NCBI GenBank assembly: GCA_963575745.1
Contig: CAUYUJ010000147.1
Coordinates: forward strand, 62,001-117,623
Source of the DNA: Prorocentrum cordatum
Taxonomy: Eukaryota
Reading direction: 5' to 3'
Length of the DNA stretch: 55,623 nt
Each line of letters begins with the position of its first letter. The first letter of the stretch is position 1. The position numbers and the translations under genes were made by a program. Positions 36,801-49,844 of the stretch are shown here, in pieces. A model generated the notes under the pieces. The model saw only the letters and a program-made list of their open reading frames with translations. It was not told the DNA's origin and searched no databases.

Positions 36801-37230
36801 GATGCGGCCGCTGATCAGATCGGCCTGTTCCTACCACTGGTGCCAATACCAAGGGACATATACAGTGCCAGCGCCGCTAGGTTGCCAGCAGACAGATTTA
36901 ACACCATCGCGGCGAAGCCTTTGAATGGGGTCAGTGACTCGGCTGGCTAAAGCATGCTGGCGCGCACTTTGGAATGAAGTGACAGCTAAGTGCTTCCTGG
37001 CCAACGTCAGCTCGCCCCCTGAGGATCCTCCCCTGCCAGTAGGCACGCTGCCCGTGGCCGAAGATGTCCAAACGTCCTTGTTGAGATCCTGCTTTGCCTT
37101 GGAGTGGAAGGCTTTGGCGGGGCATGCGCACAAATCGCAGCACATCAGAGGGGGGCCTAAGCCTAAGCAAGACATCGATGTGTTTGGGGTCTCCACTCCG
37201 TGATGTTGCCACACAGAAGTGACATTGTAC
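30900..37230 (-). mobile_element. Decayed LINE ORF2 (APE endonuclease - RT - RNase H), interrupted by ~1.8 kb of other sequence at ~32580-34400
   Basis: Endonuclease: LCGNITEW (~37200), GRGGSSGGELTLARKHL, GGSLIDYA. RT: GKAPG, FEKLYDSLSW..LEFP, LVFIDG (~34835, catalytic DD site), GVDLGVG. RNase H: VFGDGSGGKFSSDP..RCG, GPLQTV, ADAAA. Many frameshifts. Confidence 0.82.
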
Positions 37231-37724
37231 CACCTTCAGTGGGCGATCGCTTGGGGGGCTGAGTCGCAGTGGCAGGAGGCCCCCCCTGCCTTGGGAACTT
37301 CAAATCCCTTTCCTTCGCTGCCCGCAATCAAAGACCCCCTGCTATCATCCATAACATCACAACACCCAGTAAGCTTGGCCCCAGTGCGCTGTCCGCCCCT
37401 TCCGACCACAGAGATATCGGCCACCTCGGGCGGGCGCATCGAAGGGGCCTTCCTCGGCTGAAGCTCATGCTTGTGGTGGAACGCAAAGACATGCCCCAGC
37501 TTCCTTTTCGATGGCTCCGAACGGGTCGAGCTCGAGATACAAGGTGGTAGCACCTTTGTGTGAAATATCTGCAGGGGCCGTGTCCGTTGGCAACGAAATG
37601 GCGACTGCTCTCGGGCGCGCGGCCGCGGATCCTGACTGTTTTTTTCACCGGGCGCCGCCGACCTTGACGAGCGATCTCGCGACTCCGTGGCGACGTGAAC
37701 CTGCCCCCCAGGCGTTTCAGAATT

Positions 37725-38235
37725 TGGCAATCGAGCCGCGTCCTTAGGCGACGAAGGGGCAGGAGCGCGCGAGGAGCGCGCTCCTGCTGGTTCTGGCAAT
37801 ATTTCAGAAGAGACTGACGCGCGATCTGACGCCGCCGCGGCGACGCGAACCTGCCCGGCTAAGCTGGCAGGATTGGCTGCGTGGTAGAGCGGGGCCGCCC
37901 AGAGGGGCGCGCGTCTCCGGCCATTGGCTCCGCAGCAGGACAGCTAGAAGAAAACCGCCCTGGGGCGCGCGCTTCCCAGGCCACTGGCACGGACATGCCA
38001 CCGGCGGACACCTCTAAGGGTGAAGGGGAGCAAAGCCGCCCAGAGGCATGCACCTCTCTGGCCACTGCCTCCGCAACAGAAGGACAGCCATGATCTGGCA
38101 ATCGAGCCGCGCCCTTAGGGGGCGACGAAGCAGGGGCGCTCGAGGAGCGCGCTCCTGCTGGTTCTGACCGTATTTCATAAGGGACTGACATGCGTTCTAA
38201 CGCCGACGTGGCGCCGTGAACCTGCTCGGCTAAGC
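37725..38235. repeat. ~140-bp direct repeat pair (37725 and 38096) in the putative ORF1/5' region of the RNase H LINE
   Basis: tggcaatcgagccgcg.ccttagg..gacgaag..gaggagcgcgctcctgctggttctg occurs twice. Related shorter repeats at ~37900-38000 and 39120-39350. Confidence 0.8.
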
Positions 38236-39759
38236 CGACAGAGTTTAAATGTAGAGAACAGGCAGAGTCCAATGGCGACGATGACGCGACGACGCCCGAG
38301 GAGCACGCCGCCGTTGGCCCCGACTGTTCCTCGGCCCCTGCTGCAGGCCGTCGAGGATCGTCGTCGTCGTACTCCCTCGGAATGGTGGGGGTTGCTCGAT
38401 CCCCAAGCACTTCGCGCATCTCATCCGGAAGCCGCCGCAAGGGCTCGCGAGTGGCTCGAGATGGCTGCTGCCCAAGCGTCACGATCCTCAAGACCAGCCA
38501 ACACTCCATGATACTGCAGAGTGCCGTCCCCCTGGTGGTCGGCACTAACGCCATGCTTCCTTGCGGAGATCCACGGCCAGGTCAGACATCGGACGGCCAT
38601 CGCTGATCACCCGGCGCGCTTCGCGATGCGAGCTGTGTTGCAGGACCTCAACAACATAAGCAACGCGCCAGTCCATCCGGGATTGCTCACCGCCGTCAGC
38701 GCTGGCGAGGTCGGGGATCCAACTGGACATTCGCGAGAGCACCCCATTGAGGAAACGTGTCTCAGCCGTCTCGCGGGGCAACTCGCGCGGAAGATCGCGC
38801 GTGCCTGCAGGAGGAACATCACCCGCACCAGCCGGAAACTATCGACCACCATGCGGAAAGATAGTCTTACGCGGCCTGGAAGATGCAAGTGCTTCTTGAA
38901 CTTGAAGAGACGAATCTGCACCGTTTCTGTCGGTGATGAATACCGCCGGGGCGCATGTGTCGGAGGCTGCCCCCAATTCCCTGGCGTCCTCCGCGCGGGC
39001 CCTCGGGCTCAAAGCCTGCCCCCTGCCCCCGCCGCTCGACGAAGACGGGGCGCGCGCGCGCCGCCCCGGAGAGCGCGCCTTTTCGGGCCACGGGTGCTGA
39101 AGACGGGATGCGCCATGCCATGGCCCAGAGGAATGCGCATCTCTGGCCGCTGGCCCCGCGGCAAGATTGCGCGTCGAACGCCGCCCTCGGGCGTGCGCTT
39201 CCCGGGCCACTGGCTCGGATAAACCGCCGGCAGACGCCTCTGAGGGCGCGGGAGAGCGAGGGCGCCCAAAGGAATGCGCATCTCTGGCTGGCTCCGCAAC
39301 AAAGCGCAGCCATGAAGCCGCCCTGCGGGGCGCACTTGCCAGGCCGCCGGCTCGGGCAAGAAACTCCCATCGCGCGCCGGCTCCTCGGCTAGGGGCAGAA
39401 ACTCTGCCCCGTCACATGGCCCGGGGGCGGATCGCCCCAGGGGGCGACCGACGACGGCAGGGCGACGGGCTCCGATGTCCTCAGCCTGCTGCAGCTGCGG
39501 CCTCGCCCGAAACAAGAACGTCGGAGAAGTGCGGCGGGGCGCGCCGGCGGAGCTGTCGGATTCTGGCCGCCGCGAAATTGCGGAAGCGCGCCCGCTCGAC
39601 GCGGGCGGACGCGCGCGGCCAATATTTCAATTCATGATATGCCGTGCAATAACAATCTAATAGTCGAGCGACGGGAAGTAAACTGGACTCGAGAGAGCGG
39701 CAACGGAAAGAACAACGAGGCTCGAGCGCCCGAACGCTACGTGCAGCGCGAAGAACACC

Positions 39760-42700
39760 GTTTGCAATGCAGGCGGGGGCGTCACGGGCAAGACGATTCA
39801 GTGCAAGAATCGTGAGATCTAGTTGGCGGGGGCTGAGGAAGGGTGTCGACTACGGCGAGGCGATCACGCGGGGCGGAGCGGGTGGGGAGACAGGGAGGGC
39901 AGAGAGGGCGGCCTCAGACTTCCTCTGGAATCTGGGAGATCCGGATGACGGCATAACGGGGATCGGCGGCATCGAGTTGTAGTTCGAGATGAGGTGGAAA
40001 ATGGGCGAGCTGAGGTAGACGGGATTCCTCTTCCAACCGAGGGCCGTATCACCAGTATCTTCGCATTCGGGTGCGGTTTGGGCTTGAAAGAAAGCGGCGG
40101 ACGTGACGGCAGTGCGACGCGTGGCTACTCGAGCAGCATAGGGGGGCCCCAGTTGTTGAGATTATGCAAGATGCCTTGGGGGATAGAAATGCTGGGGGCG
40201 TTCGTCGCGCGCCGTTGAGCTTTGCGAACGGCCGCGAACGCTTGCTTGGTGGGCGTGCGAAGCTGCGCGACGCGCGAGAGGACAAAGAAGGACAGGAGGT
40301 TGAAGCAACCAAGGGACTTGCAAAGCCCCGGCCAGAGGCTCTGTACATCGTGGGCTCTGGAAGCGCACTTGGTCGGGGACCGGGGGGGGCGGCCAGGAAA
40401 CCCCGTCTTTCCCAAGGGTAATCCCAAGACGCTTTCCACGAACCTCGAAGGGCAGCTCATCGGGGCAGACGCCGATGGCGCCCGTGAGGAACTTGCAGCG
40501 CGAAGCGCTGAGTGGCCCAAGCGGGCCAAGATGGGACTTCCTCGCATGGGCGCGAAGTCCCGCGGCAGAACCTGCAACCTTCCAGGCCGGCAGAAGGTCT
40601 TAAACATCTGGAAGACGTCGGCAGAGGCCGCGCCGGCGTCGACGGCCAACGTTGTCAACTAGCTCAAATCTCGGGGCACCCTGGTCAGCGCGTGCCCGAG
40701 CGGGAAATAATGCCGGCGAGGGGGCGTCCTTGTTTGATCCCATGGGGGGCCAGGAACGAGTGCCCCTGGGGGCCTCAGAAGTTGACATCGATCGCGACAT
40801 TGGCGCACAGGGCCTGGATGCACCGCAGCGTGAAAGACTGGGGCCCCATGCATGCCAGGACCCAACATATCATGAGGAGTGCGGCAGGCCAGGGAAGGCC
40901 AGCCGAACGTCGCAATAGAGCATGCCAGCGCGTTCGTGACCAAGCTGAGCACGCCGCGAGGGCAGCGCGAGTGTCGAGGTCGATGCTGTTTCTGTTCATG
41001 TAACGGCCTGGGATACAGCCCGTCTGGTTGGCTAGGACTGTTTGGGGTGGGGATCCGAGAGAGCGTTTTGTTGATGGCGAGCGAGACGAGCTTGTTATCG
41101 GCGTTGGGCTTGCGTGTCATCTGTGCGTTCGCGTCATCTGGGTCATTGCCCATGGCGTTGAAAAACGGCCACGCCCCGGTTGAATACCTCGGGGTGGCCG
41201 TCCTGCTCGAGCAGGACGGAGTAGAGACGGCGCCGAGAGTCGACGACTGCTACCCCCCCTCTTGCGCAACAAGCGCACGGGGCGCCGTCGGGCCCAACGC
41301 GCGAACCCCCAATCCGAGAGACCAACTTTTCAAATTCGGGGCGCCCCTGTTTCCAAAACGCCAAGTCGGGGCAGGGCTGGGCGAAATCTCTAAGCGGTAG
41401 TCGGCCCTCGTGAGAACCTGGGCTGCCGCGGTGCACTTTGCCCCAGAGGGGGGGGAGATACGAAGCGACCTGCTCTGGCTCGGCGATGGCCTTGCCAGCC
41501 GGGTCGGAGCTTCTTGCGCGTGCTGGTCCGAGACGGGCTGTTGCCCAACGCCCTTCAAGTGCTGCTGGATGTGCTCGAGCTTCAGCGCGTTGCGGCGGGG
41601 GCGAAAACCTCGCGCGCCCAACCGCGCGCCAGGGCGCGGGCGCAACAACTTGGCGAGGGGCGGGCAGGCGAGCGGGGCCTCGTCGATAGGCCAGCGCTGG
41701 CCGCGCAGGGCGCCGCGAAGATAGGACAAGGACCATCTTTTCCTCGAGGGACTTGTTGGCGTGCTCAACGCTGCATTGGAGAACGTTCTTACTGGCCTGA
41801 ACGGGGGCATCTATCATCTGGGAGCGTTAGACGAAGGGGTCGGTGTCGAGTGGGCCGACGATATCTATGAGCTGCTGCGCGTGCCAGGAGGGGACCCTGA
41901 AACCCATCTTGCCACCGGGAGATAAAGCGAGACATGCCGGAGCGTGGCCTGGGAGGTAGCCGACTTTGGAGATCGGGGCAAGGGCGAGGGACTTGGGGTG
42001 GAATTCGAGGAGAACGGGGCCGCGTATGTTGGTGCATATGACATCGATGGGACTCATACTCGCGACCTTCTGGGCGCCCTCAATCTCCTGCGCGGCGCGG
42101 CGCGTCGAGAAAGCCTGCTCCGCCTCGCAGACCGCCGACGTCCAGCGAGGAAAAGACGGCGGCGCCGTTGCTCGACTAATTCACCGCCCCACTGGCGCGG
42201 AATGAGCCTCCCCCCAGGCTCGGAAAGTTGAAGTCCCCGAGCACGGAGCCAGTGCTTGAAGTGAGCTCGCAACGCAGGGCGGAGACATATGGGAACGCCT
42301 CCGCCAACCTTATCTCCGAAGAAGGACCCACTCCCCCAAGAGTCGATGACCTCTGAATATTCAGAAGCGAACTTTTGGCCTCCTGGATGAGCGCGATTTG
42401 GCACTTCTGAATGTATGATAGTAGATGTGATAACAGATTTTTGATGGTATCCAGGCACGACGTGAGTCCTCCAAGGAGTGGTCGAGCGTTCCAAGACACA
42501 AGACTGAAATGGGTGATGCATCTGTATGGAGACTGACTGGGCCCGGGAGCCAGGGATGGGTCGGAAGCGCTGGGGGCCAGCCGCGAACGGAAGCCTGGAA
42601 GTTTCACGAGACGAAGAGGACCCAGACGAGGTGGAAGCCCCAGAAGACGAGCCGAACGTACAGGAAATACGATCATGCGTGCACGAGCGGTATGGGATCT

Positions 42701-43799
42701 TCATGCCTGGCGAAGCCGACAGTGCAATCTCATCTATGCTGATCAGCATGTGAAACCCCTAGCTGCTCCTCGCGGCGCCGATGATGGCAGCGGCCTGCTC
42801 GGGGGAAATGCCAATTTGCACAACTTCGATGAAACAAATCTCGAACTGCCCGAAATCGCCCTCCTTCATGTGGAGAGCTCGTGGATGACGTCGCTGGCTG
42901 CGATGGACAGGATGCCGCGGAAGCCGCTGACGCCAAAATTGTACTGGAGGTCGTTTCATGAGCCGACTTGCCGAAGACGCTGACTGACTGCTTGCCACTC
43001 ATTGCCGAAGACCTGGTTCTTCTGGCGGACAGAAGTTGGGGGCGTCTTTCCTGCAGCGGACCATACATTGGTGTTGGCGGCGGAGTCGACCCAGATGATG
43101 CCGCACGCGCGGCCGTGGTCGACGAACGCGGTGGCGTCGAAAAATCACTCGAACGAGATCGAGTAGCTCTTGGCGGGGTTGTGCGCCTCGATGGTGATGC
43201 GCATTGCGCGGATATGGGATGGCAAGAGCGTGAAGAGGTTGCGGCTGTGAGCTTCCATGGTCGTTGCCAGCACGGGGCGAATGAGGCCGCCGATCCAGAC
43301 CTTGCACGTGTCGTGCTCCTCCCTTGGCCGCGTCTGAACACTGCTGGGTGGGGCGGAAAGCCTGCGCTTCGTCGCGGGAGGCCCATCACACGAGCTGGAA
43401 ATTGATGCTGCCGAAGATCCTGCCGTCGACTCGACTGCTGCCATGCGCTTCTCCATGCCTGTGCGGGGAGGACTGCCAACGCGCCAGCTTCGAAGGACAG
43501 ACCCATGTTACTCTTAAGCTGCGCGAGCCTGGAGTTGATCTTCTGCATGGCTGAGTCCTGGGCTGAGTGTCTCACGTACTGCCCGGAGGCTCGGGGGCGC
43601 GGTCTCGATGCTGGACAAGCGACTCGTGATGCCGCCAAGTTGCTCGAGTGTCTGCTGGATGCCGTCGCCGACCGCCGCCATGGCAGGAGACTGGTGAGAA
43701 AAGAGGAAATGCCCGCCCGAGCTTGACAGTGGACGTCGCTCTTTCAAGAAGAGCTGCCGCGCTCAAATGGGGTCTGTCCTCACGTTGAGCCAAAATGGC
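39760..43799 (-). mobile_element. Full-length decayed LINE (ORF1 + endonuclease-RT ORF2) beginning with an SL core
   Basis: ORF1 ~43681-42759 (coiled-coil-like start, then KVWIGGLIRP). ORF2: LVSWNAR..IALIQE, LGDFNF, VGPDGAP, NADNKLV, GIKQGRPLAG (~40720-40745). The 3' boundary is approximate. Confidence 0.85.
43785..43799 (-). other. DinoSL core (nt 7-21)
   Basis: Minus strand gccattttggctcaa, 15/15 to the SL. It lies just downstream of a ~53-nt (CCT)n tract and ~105 nt upstream of the ORF1 ATG. Confidence 0.8.
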
Positions 43800-44526
43800 A
43801 GAGGAGGAGGAGGAGGAGGAGGAGGAGGAGGAGGAGGAGGAGGAGGAGGAGGAGAGTCAGCATGATCACGGGGCGGAGGCGGGGAAAAAGAGGACGGCAA
43901 CGGCGAGACATGAATCGGGTCCAAATCTGTTGCCCTCGCGGCGACAGCGGAATTCCGAGAGACGGAGGCCAAGTACCGGTCCTGAACCGAGGCCACCGCT
44001 GCGCAGCGGGAGCGCCACTTTAAGGACCAAGGACGTTTCCTTTGGGTAGCATCTCCCTAAGCCAGGTTCATAGAGCAGTGTACAACCAACATGACAACGA
44101 ATGCAATGAATAAAACGAATGCGCACTCAGGACTATGAACCAAGAAAGCCTCGTGCGATGACGCTTTGACGCTGTGCCGCACCAGCATGCTTTGTCGACC
44201 GAAGACGCTCCGAGGCAATCTCCTGTCAGTCTCTTGGCATCCGATGCGCAAGGTCAACAAGGCACGGAAAGGGGCGGGTCAACGGCAGGAGAGCGGGCCC
44301 TCGTCCTCGCCCTGCTTGAGGAGGGCCAGTGGAGACCACCGCGGTGAGACAACGGCGGCCCAGATCCGTTCAAAATCGGTCCCCGGAGCCCTTCCGATGC
44401 CCAGAAGCACGAGTTTTCCCGGCTGCGTCCCTTGTCTCGCCTGGCCTTCCTCCGACCGTAGTCTCCTCTCATCCTCCTCCTGGATCTGTCCTGTCCCCAC
44501 TTCCCCCCAGAGATACCCAAATTAGA

Positions 44527-44742
44527 GGCCTCCCAGATGGGGTCCGAGTAGAATAGGGTCGGAGGATCGCGCCGCATCGCCGATGCATCGGTGATGCATC
44601 GGCGGCTTTATCGGCGACGTCGGCCATGCATCGGCGACGTCGACCTGGAGAAATCGGGCTCCACATTGATCCGCATCGCCGATGCATCGGCGATGCGACG
44701 CGAACCTCCAACCCCATCTACTCGGACCCCATCCAAGAAGCC
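44527..44742. mobile_element. Foldback/MITE element with ~65-bp inverted arms
   Basis: gatggggtccgagtaga..ggagg.tcgcg.cgcatcgccgatgcatcgg is mirrored by ccgatgcatcggcgatgcgacgcgaacctcc..tctactcggaccccatc. Internal gatgcatc palindromes. Confidence 0.8.
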
Positions 44743-45776
44743 ACCGTGGCGCCTGGGCACGGAGTGGGCGTGTCCTCAGGTCCTGGGACCAATCCTCTCA
44801 GCCTCAATCCTCACTCCTGAGGGGTCTTCAAGGGGCCCGGACCCCTCGCTTTCAAATCTTGTTGGGTTTGGCGCGTCGTCTCGCGTGACTTCGTCGGGCC
44901 CAAGAGGGCCCGAACCCACAACCCAGGCACGGTGGCGGGCTGAGTCGAAAGCCACTACGGGGCGCAAGAGCGGAGAGGGCAATCCGCTCCTGCTCATGTG
45001 GCGGAGGGCACGGTTCATCATCGTGCGCTGCTGATCCAGAGGCAGCGGGCCTCCGAGAGGGCACGACACGAGCGCGGGCTTGGAGAAGGAGGGGATGAGG
45101 AAGAAGAAGAAGAAGAAGAGACGAGGGAGAGAGGGGGAGGAGAGTAGAGAAGAATAGAGAGAGGGAGAGAGTTGGATAGATGTGTCTATATCTACATATG
45201 TATATCATATAAATATATGTAGAGAGAGAGAGAGAGAGGAGAGAGAAAGAGAGAGTAAGCGAGTGAGAGAGAGGGGGGGGGGGGGGCGAAACACGGGGGA
45301 GAGGAAGAAGAGAGACGAGATGTAGAGTAGATGCATAGATAGGGGAGGAAGGAAGGGAGGGAGGGGGGAGGGAGAAGGCAACTGCGGACAGGCGGAAGCA
45401 CAACACACACACAACGAGTAAGGGAGGGAGGGGGATGAAAGCGGGAAGGAAGGAAGGAAGGAAGGAAGGAAGGAAGGAAGGAGGGGAGGCTAAGGTACGG
45501 GAAGGAATTTGATTATGATAGGAGGGATCGGAGGGGAGGGGAGCCAGGGGAGAGGAGAGAAAGACAGGCGACGGGCCAACGGGAAGGGTTGGGAGGGGAA
45601 GGGAAGGGACAAGGGAGGTCGGGATCCAAGGAAGGGCTGCTAATGGCGGGCGGGGAAGGGTGATAGCGCGGGAAGCAGGACACCATGACTCGGCAACTCA
45701 AATTGAAACCCCTCATCCTTCCCAACCCTCCTCCTCTTCCTCCTCCTTCCCTCCCTCACTTACGTCCGACTACCTA

Positions 45777-45930
45777 CCAAACCACCCCAACCCAACCCGA
45801 AGACCCAAATGTCGGGTTCGGGGGGAGGGTCCAGGCTCCACATGTATTTTCCTCAATTTTCCCCGACGCGCTCCCGCCCCCGGGAATGGAGGGCACATTG
45901 GGGCCTTCGGGTTGGGTTGGGGTGGTTTGG
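45777..45930. mobile_element. 154-bp MITE with 36-bp TIRs
   Basis: ccaaaccaccccaacccaacccgaagacccaaatgt versus reverse complement ccaaaccaccccaacccaacccgaaggccccaatgt (2 mismatches). Flanks are TA (left) and TG (right). Confidence 0.82.
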
Positions 45931-46269
45931 TGGGTGGTGCATGTCCGCTTCAACTTTCCTCTGTCCCTCTGGGAATCTATCCCCTCCCTCCATCGTGCTC
46001 CTGTTCCGACTACTGCTGCTGCCCCTCCTCCTACATCGTCCTGCTCCCGCCCTTGTTCCTCCTTCCCCTCGTCTTCCTCATCCTCGTGCTCCTGCTCCTG
46101 CCTCTTGCCTCTTGCCTCCGCCTCCTCCGCATCCTCGTCCTCCTGCCTCTGTCTGCCTGTGGGGAACAGAAGACGCAATACTAACACCGTTCAGGCTCCT
46201 TGCTCGGAGGCGTGCCTGGCCGCGCCCCTGCCTCTCGGCGGCGTGCCGAGCGGGAAGTGGGACGGGCTC

Positions 46270-46570
46270 GGAGGAGGCCCGGGAAGCTCCTCAGATGGCC
46301 GGAGGCCCTTTGAGCCCTTCGAGAAGTCCTCGGTGGCCTCGGAGAGAGGCTCCGAGAGCTCCCCAGAAGGCCAGGAGCCCTCTGAACTTCCTGAGAAGTC
46401 CCGTGGCCTCGGAGAAGGCTCGGAAAGCCCCTCCGATGGCCAGAGGCCTTCAGAGCTTTCCGAGAAGCCCGCTGTGGCTCCGGAGAGAGGCTCCGAGAGC
46501 TCCTCCAGAGGCCAGAGGCCCTCTGAGCCGTCCGAGAAGCCCTCTGCGGCTTCGGAGAAGGCTCAGAAAG
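46270..46570 (+). repeat. ~71-bp tandem repeat, ~4 units
   Basis: gagaag(t/c)cc recurs at ~46321, 46393, 46463 and 46534. Related degenerate sequence at ~4800-5050. Confidence 0.8.
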
Positions 46571-47320
46571 CCTTTCCCCTCTTCGCGGCGGGGGAAGGCG
46601 GGGGGGAGGGAGGGGGAGGGAAATAGAACTGGAAATGGTGAGTTCGCGAAGCGAAAGAGTTAATTCAGGATAGGTGCGTCGTCTGGCTCGTTGCTCCGAC
46701 AAAGAGAGGACCTTTGGCGCCAGAGACCACCTCCAATCATGTTCAAATGTTCAATGCGTGTCTTATTACGCTGTTTCGTGCAAGGCTTCCCTATGTTCCT
46801 GACCTGTTGGGAGGCGAAATAGCCACTTGATATACAGAACCAGAGATCAAGTGTGCTATGATATCTGAGATCGTGTGTGGGGGGTGCAGCCACCCCCACG
46901 CACAGTGGACATTGAAACCCTTAAGGACCCCTTTTGACACACCCTCTAAAGACACAAGCTGAAAACAAAACGAACTAAGCGATTTAATCAATTGTTTCTT
47001 GGATGCGGACCCGTGATAAACATAGCAAGAACGGCCATCTTCATGCAACGTAGGGAGGGGAGGAATGGAGGAGGAGGAGGATGAGGAGGAGGATGAGGAG
47101 GAGGATGAGGAGGAGGAGGAGGAGGAGGAGGAGAAGAAGCTTTTCGTGGTTTCGGAGAAGGCTCCGCAAGCTCTCCTCGGGCTTCTGAGGAGGCGGGCCT
47201 TCCCCCCCCTGGCCGCGCCGCCGGACCTCCCCCGGCCAGGCGGGGCGGCGGTTGGCCTAGGATGCCGCGCGCGGAGTCTGTTCCCGCCGACGCATCCTCC
47301 AGGGCGACGAGATACCTACG

Positions 47321-47500
47321 CGGCAGGTTCGTGCCGTGCCGACTCGGGCGCCGGTCTTTGACACCGCGGGGATCGTTCCACCTCGAACGATCGGCCGTTT
47401 CCGAAACGTCAAATCGTTCAGCATCGGCCGGTTCTGGGTCGCCGGCACGTGGAGCGCCGGCGGCGGGGTCGCCGCCGGTCGACACGGCGCGAACCTGCCG
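47321..47500. mobile_element. Second copy of the 6520-6708 MITE
   Basis: cggcaggttcgtgccgtgccgac ... gtcgacacggcgcgaacctgccg. Shares the internal ggatcgttc..gaacgatcggccgt. Confidence 0.85.
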
Positions 47501-48999
47501 CACACATCCACCCGGGCCCAGGAGCGGTGTCTGCGGCCTCCTGGCCTGGCCAGGCATGCATATGAAGCCCGCTCCTGAGCACGGGGTGGGCCAGGCCTCG
47601 GGCGGTGGCGTGCAGGCATCTCGCCACCCGCCGTCCTCGGAGGTCGCGCCCCCGCTCAGGAACTTCGAGCCCTGGATCACGATGCGGCGGCCCGCCTGCC
47701 CCCCCCCCCCCCCGGGGCGGCGGGCGGGGGCGCTCGGCTCTCAAGCGCAGGCGGGGGCATCGGGCTGGCGGCGTGCGTGGCGCGCTGGGCCCCCCCGTCC
47801 GCTGTGTTCGGGCGGGTGGCACGGTGGGAGCTCGACCACAAGGTCTTCCATCGTAGAACTGTCGAAACCCAAGAAACCCAGGGCACCCTGGAGGCAAGCA
47901 GGGTGTTTCTTGGCAAGGGCTTCCACTGCATTGGGGGGTGGCCCAATTGGGGGGTGGAGAGAAGGGCCACACATGAGCCCTTTCGGGCCCCTGTTGGCTC
48001 GAAAAGGGGCTCCCAAGGGCGCCTTCAAGGCCCCTTTTTCTTCACCCCCCATGTGGGTCACCCCTCCATTGCCACCCGCCCGAATTGTCCTGCCCCTGCA
48101 GCTCCCCCGTCTTCGCCGCCACCCCTCGGCTTACAGCCTCGGTTGAGCTCGCCGGTCCGCCCCGCGTGACGCGCTGGCCCCCTCCAGGCCTCATCCTGTG
48201 CAGTCAGTTCGCTACCACCTCCTACCTCCTGTGCAGTCACCCGCCCCGCGCTGCCCTCCTCCTGTGCAGTCATCTCGCTACCGGGGGGGGGGGCGCCAAA
48301 TACGGAGCGAAGGGGACGGTCTGGGCATGGCGGGCCTCGGCCACTGACAGGCTCTCCGACCAAGGGCCGAGGGACGGGCCGACAAACCCGAGCCCCTGCT
48401 TAACCCAAAGTGGTCACAATTCAGCGTCCTGACTGCAGCTCTTCCTCCTGCACCGCCCCTGGGCTTACCCTGGCCCCTCTGATCCCCCCAGTACACCCGC
48501 CCTCCTCGCATGGAGCACGCTGTGGTTGCCAGGCGCGGGAAGCGCAAAATAGAGGAGTGGCCAGAATCTCCCCTGATGGCTCGTGCTCGGCGTCTGGCAC
48601 TCTCGCGCCACCTGCCAGCCGCAATACCCAAGGGCAGGGTGCCCAAGGACGCAGCAAGGCGTTCAGGAATCGGCGGCAACGAACCGCCCTGCTCGCCAGG
48701 CTCTCAAGCGACGCCGTTTCGCTGCTTACTCGTCTGGGAATTAATTACTGCATTGTGTCAGGGAGAATCCAGTTTGTCACTGCCCTGGGATCATGTCTCG
48801 CTCGACGATATCCTCATATGAACAAATCATGACCGTCGTCGACACCGATGCGGATGATCGCACCAGCCCACTGGGCGTAGGTGGCTGAGCGGTTCAGCTC
48901 TCCAACAAGGGCAGAATGTCGTTCCCTGAGCTCTGGGATCACGCCCCATGAGATACACGTGCATAGGCATCTGTCCCAGAACTGCGGTCGCTGACGCCT

Positions 49000-49300
49000 T
49001 CAACGCCAACATCCTGAGGACGATATCGACCTGAATCCCCGCCCACCTCCAGGCGTGGAAACGCTGCAATCAGAAATCAACTCCGGCTGGTGCCCATTGC
49101 ATCGCGAGCTTGTCCCCCCTGTGAAGACTCCTCGCGAATGAGCCATCCTAGGAGAACAGGAGGACGAATGTAGAACGGGCTGGGTATTTGCACGGCCCTC
49201 GAACGGCACGATCACTACTGTCGTCGTCATGCTCGCGGAGGTGGACACGATGACTTCGAACTTCTTCAGTGGAGTCCGAAGAACTTGCTGGAGCAGGGCA
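49000..49300 (-). pseudogene. Possible Ty1/copia RNase H remnant
   Basis: Only weak motif echoes across frames (STSASMTTTVVIVPFEG; LIREE..LAMQWAP; VDIVLRML). Confidence 0.2.
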
Positions 49301-49844
49301 AATTATCTGCAACACGACTCGTCCGGGCACCCCGACACCGCCGCGACGTCGCCGGAAACGCCGCCGCTCGACACAACCTTCGCCGTGCCTCCTAACTGCA
49401 CGGCTGCAGATTGTGGTGTCAGTAATTACCCTTGGGTTGAGGGCATGCAGTCACCCTGAGCCCAAAGTGGTCCTTATTCCAGCGTCCTGACTATTCCTTG
49501 CGGAGGAGAGCCTCCGCACCATCGCACGCGGGCTGCCCGATCACCCCATGCTGTGCTCCAGCAGTGCTGCAGACCGTTGGATGCTGCAGGATTGCTGTCT
49601 GCGGACTGCGCCATTCGGTAACACTGACGGTGCTGGCGGAGGCTTCCTGTGCTGTGGCGGCTGCCTTGACATCGGCTTCACTGCGCCACGCGTGGGGGGC
49701 ATCCGTTGGCGAGCTCTAGCAGCCCGATGGTCCCTGTCCCGACCACTCTCGCTCCTCATCCCTGATCCTTCCGTTCTCAATGTGCCGCTCCCTCCCTCCC
49801 TCCCTCCCTCCCTCCCTGCACCCACGTCTGCGCTCTGCTCGCGG

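Noticed and set aside
45777..45800. Telomere-like (cccaa)n seed
   Set aside because: It is not the TTTAGGG repeat and is explained as a MITE TIR.
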